Source of the DNA: a virus
Direction: 5' to 3' (one strand)
Length of the DNA: 64,000 nt
Virus record (IMG/VR): IMGVR_UViG_3300044732_000737
Location: 13,818 to 77,817 of that record
In this document: in pieces, positions 11,054 through 22,000 of the stretch
Numbering within the stretch: the stretch's first letter is position 1
Layout: the number at the start of each line of letters is the position of its first letter
Made by a program: the position numbers and the translations under genes
The notes under the pieces: model-generated
Told to the model about the DNA's origin: nothing
The model's database searches: none
What the model saw: the letters and a program-made list of their open reading frames with translations, nothing else

Positions 11054-11512
11054 TTAATCAATTGGATAAATTAAACTTTTGTTTCTCTTTATCCAGCCTT
11101 GTTTGAGTAACACTCGATTGAATGTTTCATAGTTATCTAGTTCACTAGACGTAACTACTAGACGAATATTCTTTTCTCTAGCAGCCTCTATCATTGCTTC
11201 ATGGACAAGAATTAATGCTTTTACAGCAGAATATCCAGATAAGCTACAATGGTAATATAATTGATACAATACTTTTTCTCTAGAATGAAGGTATGGTCTA
11301 GTTGCTTTTGCAGCTATCCAACCAACTAGTTCATCATTGTATTTAACAATCCTGAAGAAATCACCACGTTTAGCAAGAGCTATCAGGTTTTCCCTACAGT
11401 AAACTTCATCTATTTCGATTTCATTTGATTCATAATGACTAAATAATTCTAATGAAATATCTAGGCATTTATCGATTTCTTCTAATGTTCTTATTTTATC
11501 TATTAATATCAT
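11054..11512 (-). CDS. GNAT-fold acetyltransferase-like protein
   Basis: Pattern FRIVKYNDELVGWIAA...EAMIEAAREKNIRLVV...RVLLKQGW fits GNAT topology; the acetyl-CoA motif is degenerate. Confidence 0.55.
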   Translation of the reverse strand: MILIDKIRTLEEIDKCLDISLELFSHYESNEIEIDEVYCRENLIALAKRGDFFRIVKYNDELVGWIAAKATRPYLHSREKVLYQLYYHCSLSGYSAVKALILVHEAMIEAAREKNIRLVVTSSELDNYETFNRVLLKQGWIKRNKSLIYPID

Positions 11513-11542
11513 ATATAATATATTACCTAGGGGAGCCTAGGA

Positions 11543-11565
11543 TCTCTCTTTAGCGTCCCCTGGTA
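11543..11565 (-). promoter_or_regulatory. Phage single-subunit RNAP promoter, copy 1 (TACCAGGGGACGCTAAAGAGAGA; predicted +1 at 11548)
   Basis: 23-bp motif found four times, always intergenic and in the sense orientation; aligns with the SP6 promoter. Confidence 0.85.
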
Positions 11566-11571
11566 AATTGA

Positions 11572-11997
11572 TTAATTTGGTTTAGTTGGCCAAATAACAT
11601 CAAAAGGATAACCTGATTGTGTGGTTATATCCCTAAGCTCTTGACGATAATTTGTCCAAGCTGTTTGTTTTTCTACACTTAATGGATTATTAGGTAATTG
11701 AGTCCAGTCAGAACTTGATAACAGCATATATCTCTTTCTTTTAACCTCAATTTCTTTTAGCTGAGAGTTTTCTACCCAAGAAAAAGTTGCATCATTCCAA
11801 AAACAGGAGTTTGATGGTTTTTCTGATTTCTTTATAACTGCACCATCCTGAAAATAATGAGTATCAGGTGCGCATAAACTATCTGTTTCTAGGAATATAT
11901 CTTCTGGATATTTTTGCTTTGTTACTTCAAAGGAATCTTCATCTAGTCCATAACCTTGTTGTAAAATGTTTTTAGATATTCTTGCATAAAATTTCAT
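11572..11997 (-). CDS. Tail fibre assembly chaperone
   Basis: C-terminal KRYMLLSSSDWTQLP...WTNYRQELRDIT.Q.GYPFDVIWPTKP signature. Confidence 0.85.
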   Translation of the reverse strand: MKFYARISKNILQQGYGLDEDSFEVTKQKYPEDIFLETDSLCAPDTHYFQDGAVIKKSEKPSNSCFWNDATFSWVENSQLKEIEVKRKRYMLLSSSDWTQLPNNPLSVEKQTAWTNYRQELRDITTQSGYPFDVIWPTKPN

Positions 11998-14900
11998 TAG
12001 CGTCTCCGAATAAATGCACTTAAAACAATGTTTTGAAAAGCGTAAGAACCACCATTACCAAAACCACCTGCTAATCCATAGGAATAACCATTTAAACTTA
12101 AAGTCTGAGTACCACTTGTACTAACTGTTGCTGTTGCTCGAATAACTTTAGAAGATACCCAGCCCTCTAAAGCTGTGATAGGACTAGTGTCACTTATGCC
12201 GCCAAGGTTTGTAATATTAGAACTCTTTGTTTCTGTAACAACAACTCCATTAAACTGAAGTTGAGCTCTTAAAACAGAAATGTAGGTGTACTCATCCCAA
12301 ATATAGGGATAAAGTGTATTAACCCTAGGATCAAAGGTTGCTTCAAGTAATACCACATCTCCTGCATTAGCATAAAATGAGATTGATGCAAAAGTATCAA
12401 CGAGAGGCCCGTATACAGAACCTTGCCACCATCTATGGAAACCATTATAAGAACCATATGCGGCTGTTGTAACAGCGTTAGTATTGATATTTCCAGTAGC
12501 AACTACATTACCATTAAGCGTCATTTGACTGCCATTATAGCTAATGTTAGTAGAACTATTACCTAAAGCAAAAGTACCAGTGCTATTTAGTATGCCACCT
12601 GATCCAGTCATTGAAGTACCAGATACAGCAGGAGAACCTCCTACTTGAAGAGAATTTGTAAATACAGTACCACTGTTGATTTTATCAGCGGTAATCGTAT
12701 TTGCAGCAATTTTACTTGCATCAATAGTTCCAGCGCCAATATTTCCAGCAGTTAATATGCCAACCTGAGCCGTACCTATAGCTGCGCCTGAAATGTATGT
12801 AGAAACATTACCGCTTGTAATTGTGTTTAGAGTAGCAAACCCACCAGCACCAAGAGTACCTAATGTTATATTACTATTTAATATACCAGCAGGAGCATTT
12901 ACTAAATCTGTTCTAACAGCGCCTAAACCACCAGCGGTAACTACGCCACCACCAGCACCATATAAAGTACCATCTGAACCAATTGAAATAGCACTATTAG
13001 CTACCGCTGTACCATTTCCAGTTCCAATACCATTAATGGTGTTCCCTGAAACACTAATTGCAGAATTGGCAACTGCAGTGTTATTACCAGTCCCAATACC
13101 AGTAATATTACCACCAGACACAGCTATTGCACTATTAGCAACTACTGTTCCAGTACCCGTACCAATACCTGAAAGTGCTCCATTAACAATATTAATTTCA
13201 TTATTAGCTACTACTGTTCCAGTACCTGTACCAATACCATTAATTGAGCCACTAGAAATAGTAATAGCTGAATTAGCAACTAATGTCCCAGTACCTGTAC
13301 CAATACCGCTAATAGCACCACCTGAAATAGTAATTTGGCTATTTGCAACAGCGGTGCCTGCACCAGTAGAGGTACCACGGATTATACCTGAAGCATCTAC
13401 AGATGTATTATTGGCTGCTAAGACCCAGCTACCAGAAATTTTCTGGTATAACTGGAAAATATCTGTTGCATAAAAGATATCACCATCTGCACCAGTAGGT
13501 CTACTTGCAATTGCACCTTGTGTAAATACATTTTTAGTTGCATCTAATGCACCTGAATAACCAAGACCACTAATTGTTACTGTACCACCCCCAGCATTAT
13601 TAAGTGTACCATTACTACTTAAGCTGATATTACTATTTAATATTCCAGCAGGAGCATTGCCTAGGCTAGTCTGTACTGCGTTAATACCAGTAGCTGTGAC
13701 TCCACCTGATGCAACAGGTCCACCAGAAACACTTAATGTGCCATTAGAATTGAGAGTTAATCCGATATTATTGTTTAAGATGCCAGCAGGAGCATTACCT
13801 AAGCTAGTTTGTACTGCGTTAATACCAGTAGCTGTAACTGTACCTCCACCTGCCCCAGACAAAGTACCATTTGATGCAATAGATATATTACTATTTAACC
13901 ATCCTGATGAAGCTGTAATTCTTGAAAAGTCAAGATTAGTCCCTGATCCAAAGATCACATTACCTGAAGCATCTTTAATTGTAAGTCCACGAGTATCAAT
14001 GTTACTTGGTACTACAACTTGCCCATTAAGTGTTATAACACTACCGTTATAAGTAATATTATTATTAGTATTACCAACGGCAAACTGACCATTTGAGTAC
14101 ACAACTGCACCTGCACCAGTCATTGTTGTACCGCTAATTTCAGCTGTACTAGATTTGATTGTACCAGATACTGTTAGATTACCTGTATTAGTTGTGATAG
14201 CTGATAGGCTACCTACTTTTAAAGCGGACAAATAAGGTACATTCCAAATAGTGTTATTTGTTACTGGATCATAAACACCATCAGATTGATAAACAGATTC
14301 ACCCGCACTAATAACTGGAGGAGTAGCTTGCCATACTGTATCTGCACCCCATGATCCATTTGCAGGATACGAATTAATACCAGAGGTAGTAATGGTAGAG
14401 GGTGTAGAAGCCAAAGAAGTTAATGTTGTTTTACTATAACAAATTCTAGCAGAGGCACCTTGTTGTCCAGGAGAACCAGGAGAACCGTTAGTGCCATTTG
14501 TACCAGCATAACTTATAGCAACTATACTGGCGTTAGTCCAGTTAATTTGAGTACTTGTAGTAGTTGCACTATCGGATATATTTACACTTGCAGCCCATAA
14601 GGTAAATCCTGGACTAGGCGGATTCTGAATTGTTGAATTCCAATCCGTAGGTACATTATTAAATGAAGATGTTGCCCAAGTATAAGTAGATGATCCTACT
14701 GGCCCTGCAGGTAAAGAGGCTGCCCAGCGATAAACTGTAGGTCTAGCTACTTGTAGTCCAGGAAGTCCTGTTGCACCATTTGATGTAATTGATGCTATAG
14801 TAACTCCACTTGACCAGTCTACAACGGTATCAACTGTGCCTCCAGCAGCTGTGATTGACTTTGTAGCAGTCCAAAGTTGAATGCCTGAAGTTCCTGGATT

Positions 14901-17819
14901 TGTAGAAATATAAGTCAGCCAGTTATTACCTCCCGCATAAGCGGAATTTGTTCCTGTAGTCCAATTATACGCAGAAATATTATTTGGGTTTCCGGGTTGA
15001 GTTGGAGACCATTGGTATAGTGTAGCTGTTGCATATTTAGCTCCAGGATCTCCTGGGTCTCCTTTAACTCCAATTCCAGTTGCACCAGTTATTGCCTTTG
15101 ATAAAGAAATTTCCTTTGAAAGAATAATGTTATCAATACCTAGAGTTAAATAAATAGTTGCATATTGATCATTAATTGCAGTTATAGTAACTACGCCTTG
15201 AGAAATAGTAGCATTACAACCTACTGGATTAATTGAGTATGAAATTTCTGCTGGAGGCACTACATTTAAACCTCTGTAAAGATACATCTCTACAGTTTTA
15301 GGTAGTTGACCAGCTAAGGGAACTCCATCTTTATTACAAGTAAAGGTTAACGAATCATTTGATAAAACTATTGCATAAGGTAAGGCATCTTCTGCAGGTA
15401 TTAAATTTGTCAACGCAGTTGTTGCCATGTTAGATAATCTACCTGCCTTGGACAACGCCCTTACACCAAAAATTGTTTTACTTATTCTTAGTGCTGGAAG
15501 ATTAAAGGTAGTATCTGTAGTTCTACCTAGCTCAGTCCATATAATTTGGTTGTTTACATCTATATTGCCTGGAATATAATAGTAGGTAATATAAGAGTCT
15601 AATGCACTTGTATCTACGCCAGTCCAAGATAATCGACCTGAAGAGTTTAAGATTTCAGTGTCTTGTTGTGTATAGGATAAGTTAGTAGGAGTGCCAAATA
15701 CAAAGTTGTAAATGTTAGGTGTTTTGATATATTCGTTATCGTTAACATTCCATGCCAACTGCGTAGAGTCAAACCTAGTAGCATTAACTTCACAAACACC
15801 TTCTTCAGTAATCTTTACTTCATTTACTCGTAAATAAAGATCAGTACCTACTCCTAGATTTAGAGTAGTACTATTTAGCTTTATAAAGTCACCTGGCTCT
15901 AAAAATTTGTCTTTGATTACATATTTAAATTGTATACCAAACGCACTACGGCTAACACGAACTAATTCTTCAGCCTTAGCTAGTGCATGGTAGTAGTCTG
16001 TAACACCATCAGCAAAGATATCTGTCTCTAATTCTAATCCGTTATCCTCGGCTTTCATTGCATTGTAGATAGCCGCATCATTAACAATAGTCAAAAAGCT
16101 AGTATAGTTTTCAGATCTAGTAGTCCAAAAGATAAATGCACCTTTACTGATTTTAACGGCAACACCTTTAGAGCCAACGTTATCATCAGTACCTTGTACT
16201 CGAATACGATACTCTGTATTTGCAGTTAAAGCAAAACTACCCGTCTTAGTAGTATTAAAATTTCCATGACTATCAGAGTAAACTGGAGTACCATTAGCAG
16301 TAGTTACTGTAATTGTACAATTATTATCCGCTGTAAATTCAATATTAAAAGTCCCAGTTTCTTTTACAAAGAACTTCCATGTTTGGTCAAAGGAAGAACC
16401 CGAACCCGACCATACCGCATATTTCTTAAGAAGATTACCACCTGCATTATCAGGCCAACCTTTGTCTTCTGCTACTGGATATTTAAATCCACCAATACCT
16501 CTTAGAGATGTACCTGAAACTTTTGGAGGCCAAGATACTGTATCTTCTTTGAAGTTTTCGGATTCATTGTGGAACCTTACAGTACATTGATTTAGTCTCT
16601 CACTAGAGCTTGGCCAATTAATATTGACTGTGTTATCTAAGATTAAATCAGAATCTGTTAAGTTTGCAGCAATAGTTATTGCTTCATTATTTGCAGGATA
16701 TTGCAAATTAAGTTTATATTTTCCACCTGACCATACCAATCTGGCATCACCCATTGTAGAAAGAATAATCTCTACATTTTCTCTTAATGGCTTTTGAGTA
16801 TCAATAATTGCATTACACTCGTATAACCTTACATCTCTAGAAGCAGCTAATGGGGTTATTCCTTCTGCTCCAGAGCTACCATCTGTAGGGAAATAAACCT
16901 TACCACCAACAAGCGCATCCTGTAATACTACTTGATCGCAAATTACTTTTGCATTGTAAAAAGATTCTAAGTCTATCAAAGAGATATCCATACCCTTGCC
17001 AGAGGTTTTATCTAGTAAATAGTCTAGTAAACACAAAGCAGAATTGTTAGAATAATTTAGTGTCGGTGTTAAAGCGTAAGTATAATTATCTACTGTACCT
17101 GACCTAATAATATTCTTTATCTTTTTACCTTCAATAAAAAACTGTAGCATAGGTACGCCATTAAATGCAGGATTATCCCTATCTAATTTTACTACAACAG
17201 AAGCGTATGCAATACCTACAGTATTTTTTACTTGTGTAAATACAGAATTAACTCTTTCAGGATTATTAGCCGACATTACACTATCTGCAATGGCAGAATC
17301 ACCGTAGTGTAAATCAATACGAGTTCCCGAATTTAGTTTAGTCTCTGTATAAATATTTGGGTTTTCAGCATCTCCACTATCGTACGTGGTAGTAGCAGAT
17401 GAATTTAAGTCCGGATCATCAGAATAGCGGGACTCATCATAGACAACATCATACACATTGCTAATTGGACCCTGACATAAGGCCTGTTGGAAAAACAAAA
17501 ATTCATTGTTCTTTCCATTTATATTGTTATTAAATCCAGGATTAGTAATTACTTTATCGCTATTAGGTGTTGTATATACATAATTGCTAGCTACATTATG
17601 GTAGGATCTAACCCCACCTACCTTTGCTCTTCCGTAAACAATAGGTAAGGTGACACCCTCTCCTTCCACTACAAGCTCATAACCTTTTCTTGCTTCTGCA
17701 GCTGCTTGGGCTGCTTTCTTCATTTTTCTAGCTTGAACAATTTGATATGAGATTGATGCAATTGTAATCCATGTGCTTACTGTTAAACTAAAAATTTTGT
17801 AAGCTAATATCTCTGCCAT
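11997..17819 (-). CDS. Tail tip / host-specificity protein (lambda J-like central fibre)
   Basis: LPIVYGRAKVGG, NNSALCLLDYL, RLNQCTVRF motifs, FN3-like segment, collagen-like and Gly/Thr repeats. Start taken at 17819 (TAATG overlap with upstream gene) rather than 17834. Confidence 0.85.
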   Translation of the reverse strand: MAEILAYKIFSLTVSTWITIASISYQIVQARKMKKAAQAAAEARKGYELVVEGEGVTLPIVYGRAKVGGVRSYHNVASNYVYTTPNSDKVITNPGFNNNINGKNNEFLFFQQALCQGPISNVYDVVYDESRYSDDPDLNSSATTTYDSGDAENPNIYTETKLNSGTRIDLHYGDSAIADSVMSANNPERVNSVFTQVKNTVGIAYASVVVKLDRDNPAFNGVPMLQFFIEGKKIKNIIRSGTVDNYTYALTPTLNYSNNSALCLLDYLLDKTSGKGMDISLIDLESFYNAKVICDQVVLQDALVGGKVYFPTDGSSGAEGITPLAASRDVRLYECNAIIDTQKPLRENVEIILSTMGDARLVWSGGKYKLNLQYPANNEAITIAANLTDSDLILDNTVNINWPSSSERLNQCTVRFHNESENFKEDTVSWPPKVSGTSLRGIGGFKYPVAEDKGWPDNAGGNLLKKYAVWSGSGSSFDQTWKFFVKETGTFNIEFTADNNCTITVTTANGTPVYSDSHGNFNTTKTGSFALTANTEYRIRVQGTDDNVGSKGVAVKISKGAFIFWTTRSENYTSFLTIVNDAAIYNAMKAEDNGLELETDIFADGVTDYYHALAKAEELVRVSRSAFGIQFKYVIKDKFLEPGDFIKLNSTTLNLGVGTDLYLRVNEVKITEEGVCEVNATRFDSTQLAWNVNDNEYIKTPNIYNFVFGTPTNLSYTQQDTEILNSSGRLSWTGVDTSALDSYITYYYIPGNIDVNNQIIWTELGRTTDTTFNLPALRISKTIFGVRALSKAGRLSNMATTALTNLIPAEDALPYAIVLSNDSLTFTCNKDGVPLAGQLPKTVEMYLYRGLNVVPPAEISYSINPVGCNATISQGVVTITAINDQYATIYLTLGIDNIILSKEISLSKAITGATGIGVKGDPGDPGAKYATATLYQWSPTQPGNPNNISAYNWTTGTNSAYAGGNNWLTYISTNPGTSGIQLWTATKSITAAGGTVDTVVDWSSGVTIASITSNGATGLPGLQVARPTVYRWAASLPAGPVGSSTYTWATSSFNNVPTDWNSTIQNPPSPGFTLWAASVNISDSATTTSTQINWTNASIVAISYAGTNGTNGSPGSPGQQGASARICYSKTTLTSLASTPSTITTSGINSYPANGSWGADTVWQATPPVISAGESVYQSDGVYDPVTNNTIWNVPYLSALKVGSLSAITTNTGNLTVSGTIKSSTAEISGTTMTGAGAVVYSNGQFAVGNTNNNITYNGSVITLNGQVVVPSNIDTRGLTIKDASGNVIFGSGTNLDFSRITASSGWLNSNISIASNGTLSGAGGGTVTATGINAVQTSLGNAPAGILNNNIGLTLNSNGTLSVSGGPVASGGVTATGINAVQTSLGNAPAGILNSNISLSSNGTLNNAGGGTVTISGLGYSGALDATKNVFTQGAIASRPTGADGDIFYATDIFQLYQKISGSWVLAANNTSVDASGIIRGTSTGAGTAVANSQITISGGAISGIGTGTGTLVANSAITISSGSINGIGTGTGTVVANNEINIVNGALSGIGTGTGTVVANSAIAVSGGNITGIGTGNNTAVANSAISVSGNTINGIGTGNGTAVANSAISIGSDGTLYGAGGGVVTAGGLGAVRTDLVNAPAGILNSNITLGTLGAGGFATLNTITSGNVSTYISGAAIGTAQVGILTAGNIGAGTIDASKIAANTITADKINSGTVFTNSLQVGGSPAVSGTSMTGSGGILNSTGTFALGNSSTNISYNGSQMTLNGNVVATGNINTNAVTTAAYGSYNGFHRWWQGSVYGPLVDTFASISFYANAGDVVLLEATFDPRVNTLYPYIWDEYTYISVLRAQLQFNGVVVTETKSSNITNLGGISDTSPITALEGWVSSKVIRATATVSTSGTQTLSLNGYSYGLAGGFGNGGSYAFQNIVLSAFIRRR

Positions 17820-18415
17820 TATACCTTCCCCCATTTAAGTTGTAAAACTCCTGAGCCTTCATAAATTTGGTCAAAGGCAGTATCCGAGGAATCTCTAGAT
17901 GCAGATGCATCCTTTGTTGTATAAAAAGGTTTAGTCATATCCAAATCATTCATTGGGCTTGAACAGCCAATATTTAAAAGGACTTCACCTGTTTCTGCAG
18001 TATTTATACTATAGTCTGTAGAGTCAATTGCTCCACGATAAATTGTAATGATATTTGAAATATCTGTCTCTACTTGTTTAGTAGTTTGATTTACAAAGCC
18101 TAATTTTACATCTACGATTTTCCCTATTAAACCAGAATCAATAGTTGCGCCAAATGTAAAATTTGGATCTGCAAAACTAATTTTAAATAGTTCTCTATCT
18201 ACAGTAGATGATAGCTTAGGTGTATCAATTCTAACAATCTTACCATCACCTAAATAGGTTGCAATTGGTGTTACACCATTATAAATTGTTAGCTCTCTAA
18301 AGTAAGTAGAGGTCTTATAAGAATTAGTAGGAGATAACACTACCTCTACTAAATAAAAAGCCTCTATTACTGGTTGTGCCAATATATCTTGGACTGTTTG
18401 ACTGAATTTTATCAT
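17819..18415 (-). CDS. Minor tail (tail tip/hub) protein
   Basis: Lies between the distal tail gene and the J-like gene; ends ...DTAFDQI...LKWGKV as in siphovirus minor tail proteins. Confidence 0.7.
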   Translation of the reverse strand: MIKFSQTVQDILAQPVIEAFYLVEVVLSPTNSYKTSTYFRELTIYNGVTPIATYLGDGKIVRIDTPKLSSTVDRELFKISFADPNFTFGATIDSGLIGKIVDVKLGFVNQTTKQVETDISNIITIYRGAIDSTDYSINTAETGEVLLNIGCSSPMNDLDMTKPFYTTKDASASRDSSDTAFDQIYEGSGVLQLKWGKV

Positions 18416-19002
18416 AATTTTTCTAATAACCTTATCTGTCCTGTATCCATTAAGATACCATCACTATAAACCATTCCTGTGACTACATCTGTATCATATA
18501 AACATTCCATCTGAACATTATCTCCATAAGTCATAGTTCCTGCTACATTTGAAACAAGAGGAGGAAATATCGTTAATACTCCATTACCTGTTAAATTAGC
18601 AGTAGTCATATAAACTTTAGAATGATTTGAAAACTTTACAAATGTACCTTTAGGTAATAAATTAAAGAGTCCAGTTGAAATAACAACTTGACTTTGACCA
18701 GCTACCCCTGAAACTGTAGGGATTCCAACAGCTGTTCTAGCTTTAACAACTCCATAGTTTTGGGGTACAATTACTGTCACTGTTTCAGAATAACCCTTAG
18801 TCACTAAATTAACCATTAGGTCTTGAGCATCAGTCGTAAGAGGCTCAAGGCCAGCGTCGATTTCCCAACGTTGAGCACTCCTACGGCTAATAAATCGTTT
18901 TAGTGATAGGGTATCTGAAACGAAGACTGGCTGATTGCTTTTGATTGTTAGCGGTGCTGTGAATCTTGCAATCACCTCTCCATTGTCATAGATACCATAC
19001 AT
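18412..19002 (-). CDS. Distal tail protein (putative)
   Basis: First gene after tape measure; SLKR...AQRWEI and GTFVKFSNHSKVYM motifs. Confidence 0.65.
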   Translation of the reverse strand: MYGIYDNGEVIARFTAPLTIKSNQPVFVSDTLSLKRFISRRSAQRWEIDAGLEPLTTDAQDLMVNLVTKGYSETVTVIVPQNYGVVKARTAVGIPTVSGVAGQSQVVISTGLFNLLPKGTFVKFSNHSKVYMTTANLTGNGVLTIFPPLVSNVAGTMTYGDNVQMECLYDTDVVTGMVYSDGILMDTGQIRLLEKL

Positions 19003-19006
19003 AATT

Positions 19007-22000
19007 TTACCTTAATCCTTTCTCTCTATTGTGGGAGTTAACCCCCTCAGCAATAGATGGGAGCATTCTATAAATTTCCGATTTTGTTTGACGACTAATA
19101 TCGCCTGTAATATTTAGATTAATTACTTGTTGATTTTGATTAGACATTGCAGAAGCAACTCTAGCTTGTTGGGCCTCATTTAGGATAACTTCACCTGCAT
19201 GAGCAAGTACTGGAGTAGCACTACCCATGTTGCCAGGAATAACACCACCAGCAGCAAATCCAGGCAAGAAACTAAAGAAAGAGCTAAGACCAGAGAATCC
19301 TTTACTAAAGAAATCTCCAATACCACTTCCAAAGACCTTCAGTTTATCTGCGAATCCACCTAGTATACCATCTTTATTACCTATCAGACCTTCAAGTCCT
19401 TGAGTAATTTTTACATACATTGGTTTTGCTTCAGAAGAGCCTAGCTCTCCAAATATACTTGTACCTAAAGATTGACCTAAGCTTTTACTAATATCCCTAA
19501 ATAAAAAGTCACCTATTTGATTAGAAAAGTTATCTATAACCGTGTTACTAAAAGCGTCAAAGAATGCTTTACCGGCATTATCCTTGCCTTTCAAAATGTC
19601 AGAGATTAAAGTCTTTCCTTGACCCAAGAAAGCTTGTTGTAATGATTGTTGACGAGATCTTTCGTCAGTAATTTGTCTTTCTTGTTCAATTAAAACAGCT
19701 CTTCTAGCAATTAGTCCTTGTAAAGTTTCACCTTCAAGTAATTGATTGTTACTAATTTTCTCGTTTAGTTTGTCTAATTCAATTCTATCTTTAATTAGCT
19801 TATTCTTTTTAGCCTCATCAAGACCTAAAATAACGGTAAGATCTAACCCAAGTAATGCAGCTTGTTTGCCTAAAGTATTCGCAGTAAGTAGTTCTTTTCT
19901 TTGTCTTTCAAGATTCTTCTTACGTTGTTCTGCCCTAGCCCTCTCATCTAGATTAGCCTGAGTAGCCCCTTTAGTTTGCAAGTTCTTGATCTTCTCTTCT
20001 TCGTCAATTATCTTCTTAGTCAATGCAAGGATATTTTCTCTTGTTTTTGCATCATAAGATAAATAATCAGCTAAATCAATATTTAAAGAGGCTAATGCGT
20101 CTTTTAATGATAACCCTAGTAATTTACTTGCTTCCTCTGTTTTGGCTTTAATTGTTGCTTTATTCTTAGAGAAATCAAGTAAGTTAGCCAATAAAGATTT
20201 GCTTGGATCATATTTTTGATCTAATGCAGTTTCAATATCTTTAGATATTGCAGTAATTTTACCTATAGTTTCTGCAGAAAGTTCTCCAAAAGATTTATCT
20301 AATAAATCAGGAGAAAACCTAAATAATTCCGTAAATGTATTGTTTAAAGTTTTAGGGCTAACTTTATCATCAAATTCTTTAATCTGTTTATCTAAAGTTT
20401 CTTTAAATTCTCCAGCCTTAACTAAATCAAGTGGTAACCCAGTTTTACTTTTTGGTAAGCTATTAATATTACTAATAGTAATACCAATTTTAGTTAGATC
20501 ATTAATTACTTCAGTTAAAGGTATTTTAGATTTAATTACATCATCTATCTTTGATTTGACATTTGATTTATTAAGCTGATCTTCTAAATTCTCTAAGGCA
20601 GTCTTTTCTTTCTCTTTTGGCTTAGGTGTAAAACCTTCACGAATTTTTCTAATTTCCTCGGTTACTACCTTACCCCTAGCAGCAATTTGTTTTCTAACTT
20701 TATCTAAATCACCTCTACCCCCTACTGTTGTATTTTCAATTTGTGAGGCTTGTAGTTGTAATTGATTAGCTTCAGTTATTAAGCTTACTAATTTTTGTTG
20801 ATCCTTAAGCGGAGCAGAGTAAATTTTACTAAAATCAGATAATGCATTAAAGTTAAGATTAAGCAATGCATCCGCAAATCCACTAGAAGCTGCCTTTGCT
20901 TGGTTTAATTGGTAAGTAATACCTACAGTCTCTAGTCTAATTCTTTGAGCTAAACTTTCTGCTTTCTTAAAATCTTCACCTATTCTTGCTGCTTCTAATT
21001 CTTTAGTTAATACACCAACATTTCTAATTCTATCGTATAATGCCGTAAATTGGCGCTCACCTAAGTTTAACAAGTCAACCCAATTAACACCAGAAATATT
21101 TGCAGTTTTTAATGCTGTTTCTATTTGATACTTAATAGTATCAGAAGCACCTTTTTCTAACTGTAATGAGACATCAATTTTTATATCAGAAATTGCTGCA
21201 TTTATATTTGAGGCTTCAGTTGCATCTTTGGTCTTAAGTAGCTGGGCTTGTAACTGTTTTAGCTTCTCAACTTTATCTTTTAGTCCAGGAAGATCTTCAA
21301 CATTAAACACACCGTTTGCATCGTAGGATATTTTTAGAGCATCTAAATTTTCTTTAAGATTTTTAATGTCCCCTTGAAATACTGTAACTTCAATATTACG
21401 AACTTTAACATCTCTAGCACGAGTAGCAACTGCAGCATAATCTTTTACAGCCTTTTCTAATTCTTCTTTTGCCTGTTGGATATCTGCTCTCTGTTGAGCC
21501 CTTTCTTCAGGAGAAAGAAAGAATCCACGGAATCCTTCTGCATTACGAAGATTTTTGAGTGCCTCATCTCTTGCTTGCGCTGTTTTATTAATAGAAGCAA
21601 CAAGTTGTTGTCTTTCTTCTCCTAACAAATCCCCTTTACCAATATCCGCAAATTCTTGAAATGCAAAATCAATTAATGCTGCTGAGTCAATAATGTCTTG
21701 ACCTAAATAAGATACATCTGTCCTAATACTATTAGTTAACCTTTTGCTCCAATCACTAAAAATTTCAGCTGATTGATCTCCATTTAAAATTAAACCTATT
21801 CTTTGACCAAAGTTAGTAAAGAATCCATAAGCAATGTTTGCATCAAATAGTTCATTGAATGGAAATGCAAAGAAGTTATAGAGCGCATCTAAAGGATAAG
21901 CAACCACTCTAGCTAATGCAGAAGTAGCAACCTGACTTACCTCAGCAGCTAATTTTAATATAGACTTCTCAACTTTTGCAGGTTCTGCTTTAAAGTTTAA

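Noticed and set aside
1648-17819. Diversity-generating retroelement acting on fibre genes
   Set aside because: No reverse transcriptase in the window; the repeats I compared differ mainly at synonymous positions, not specifically at adenines.
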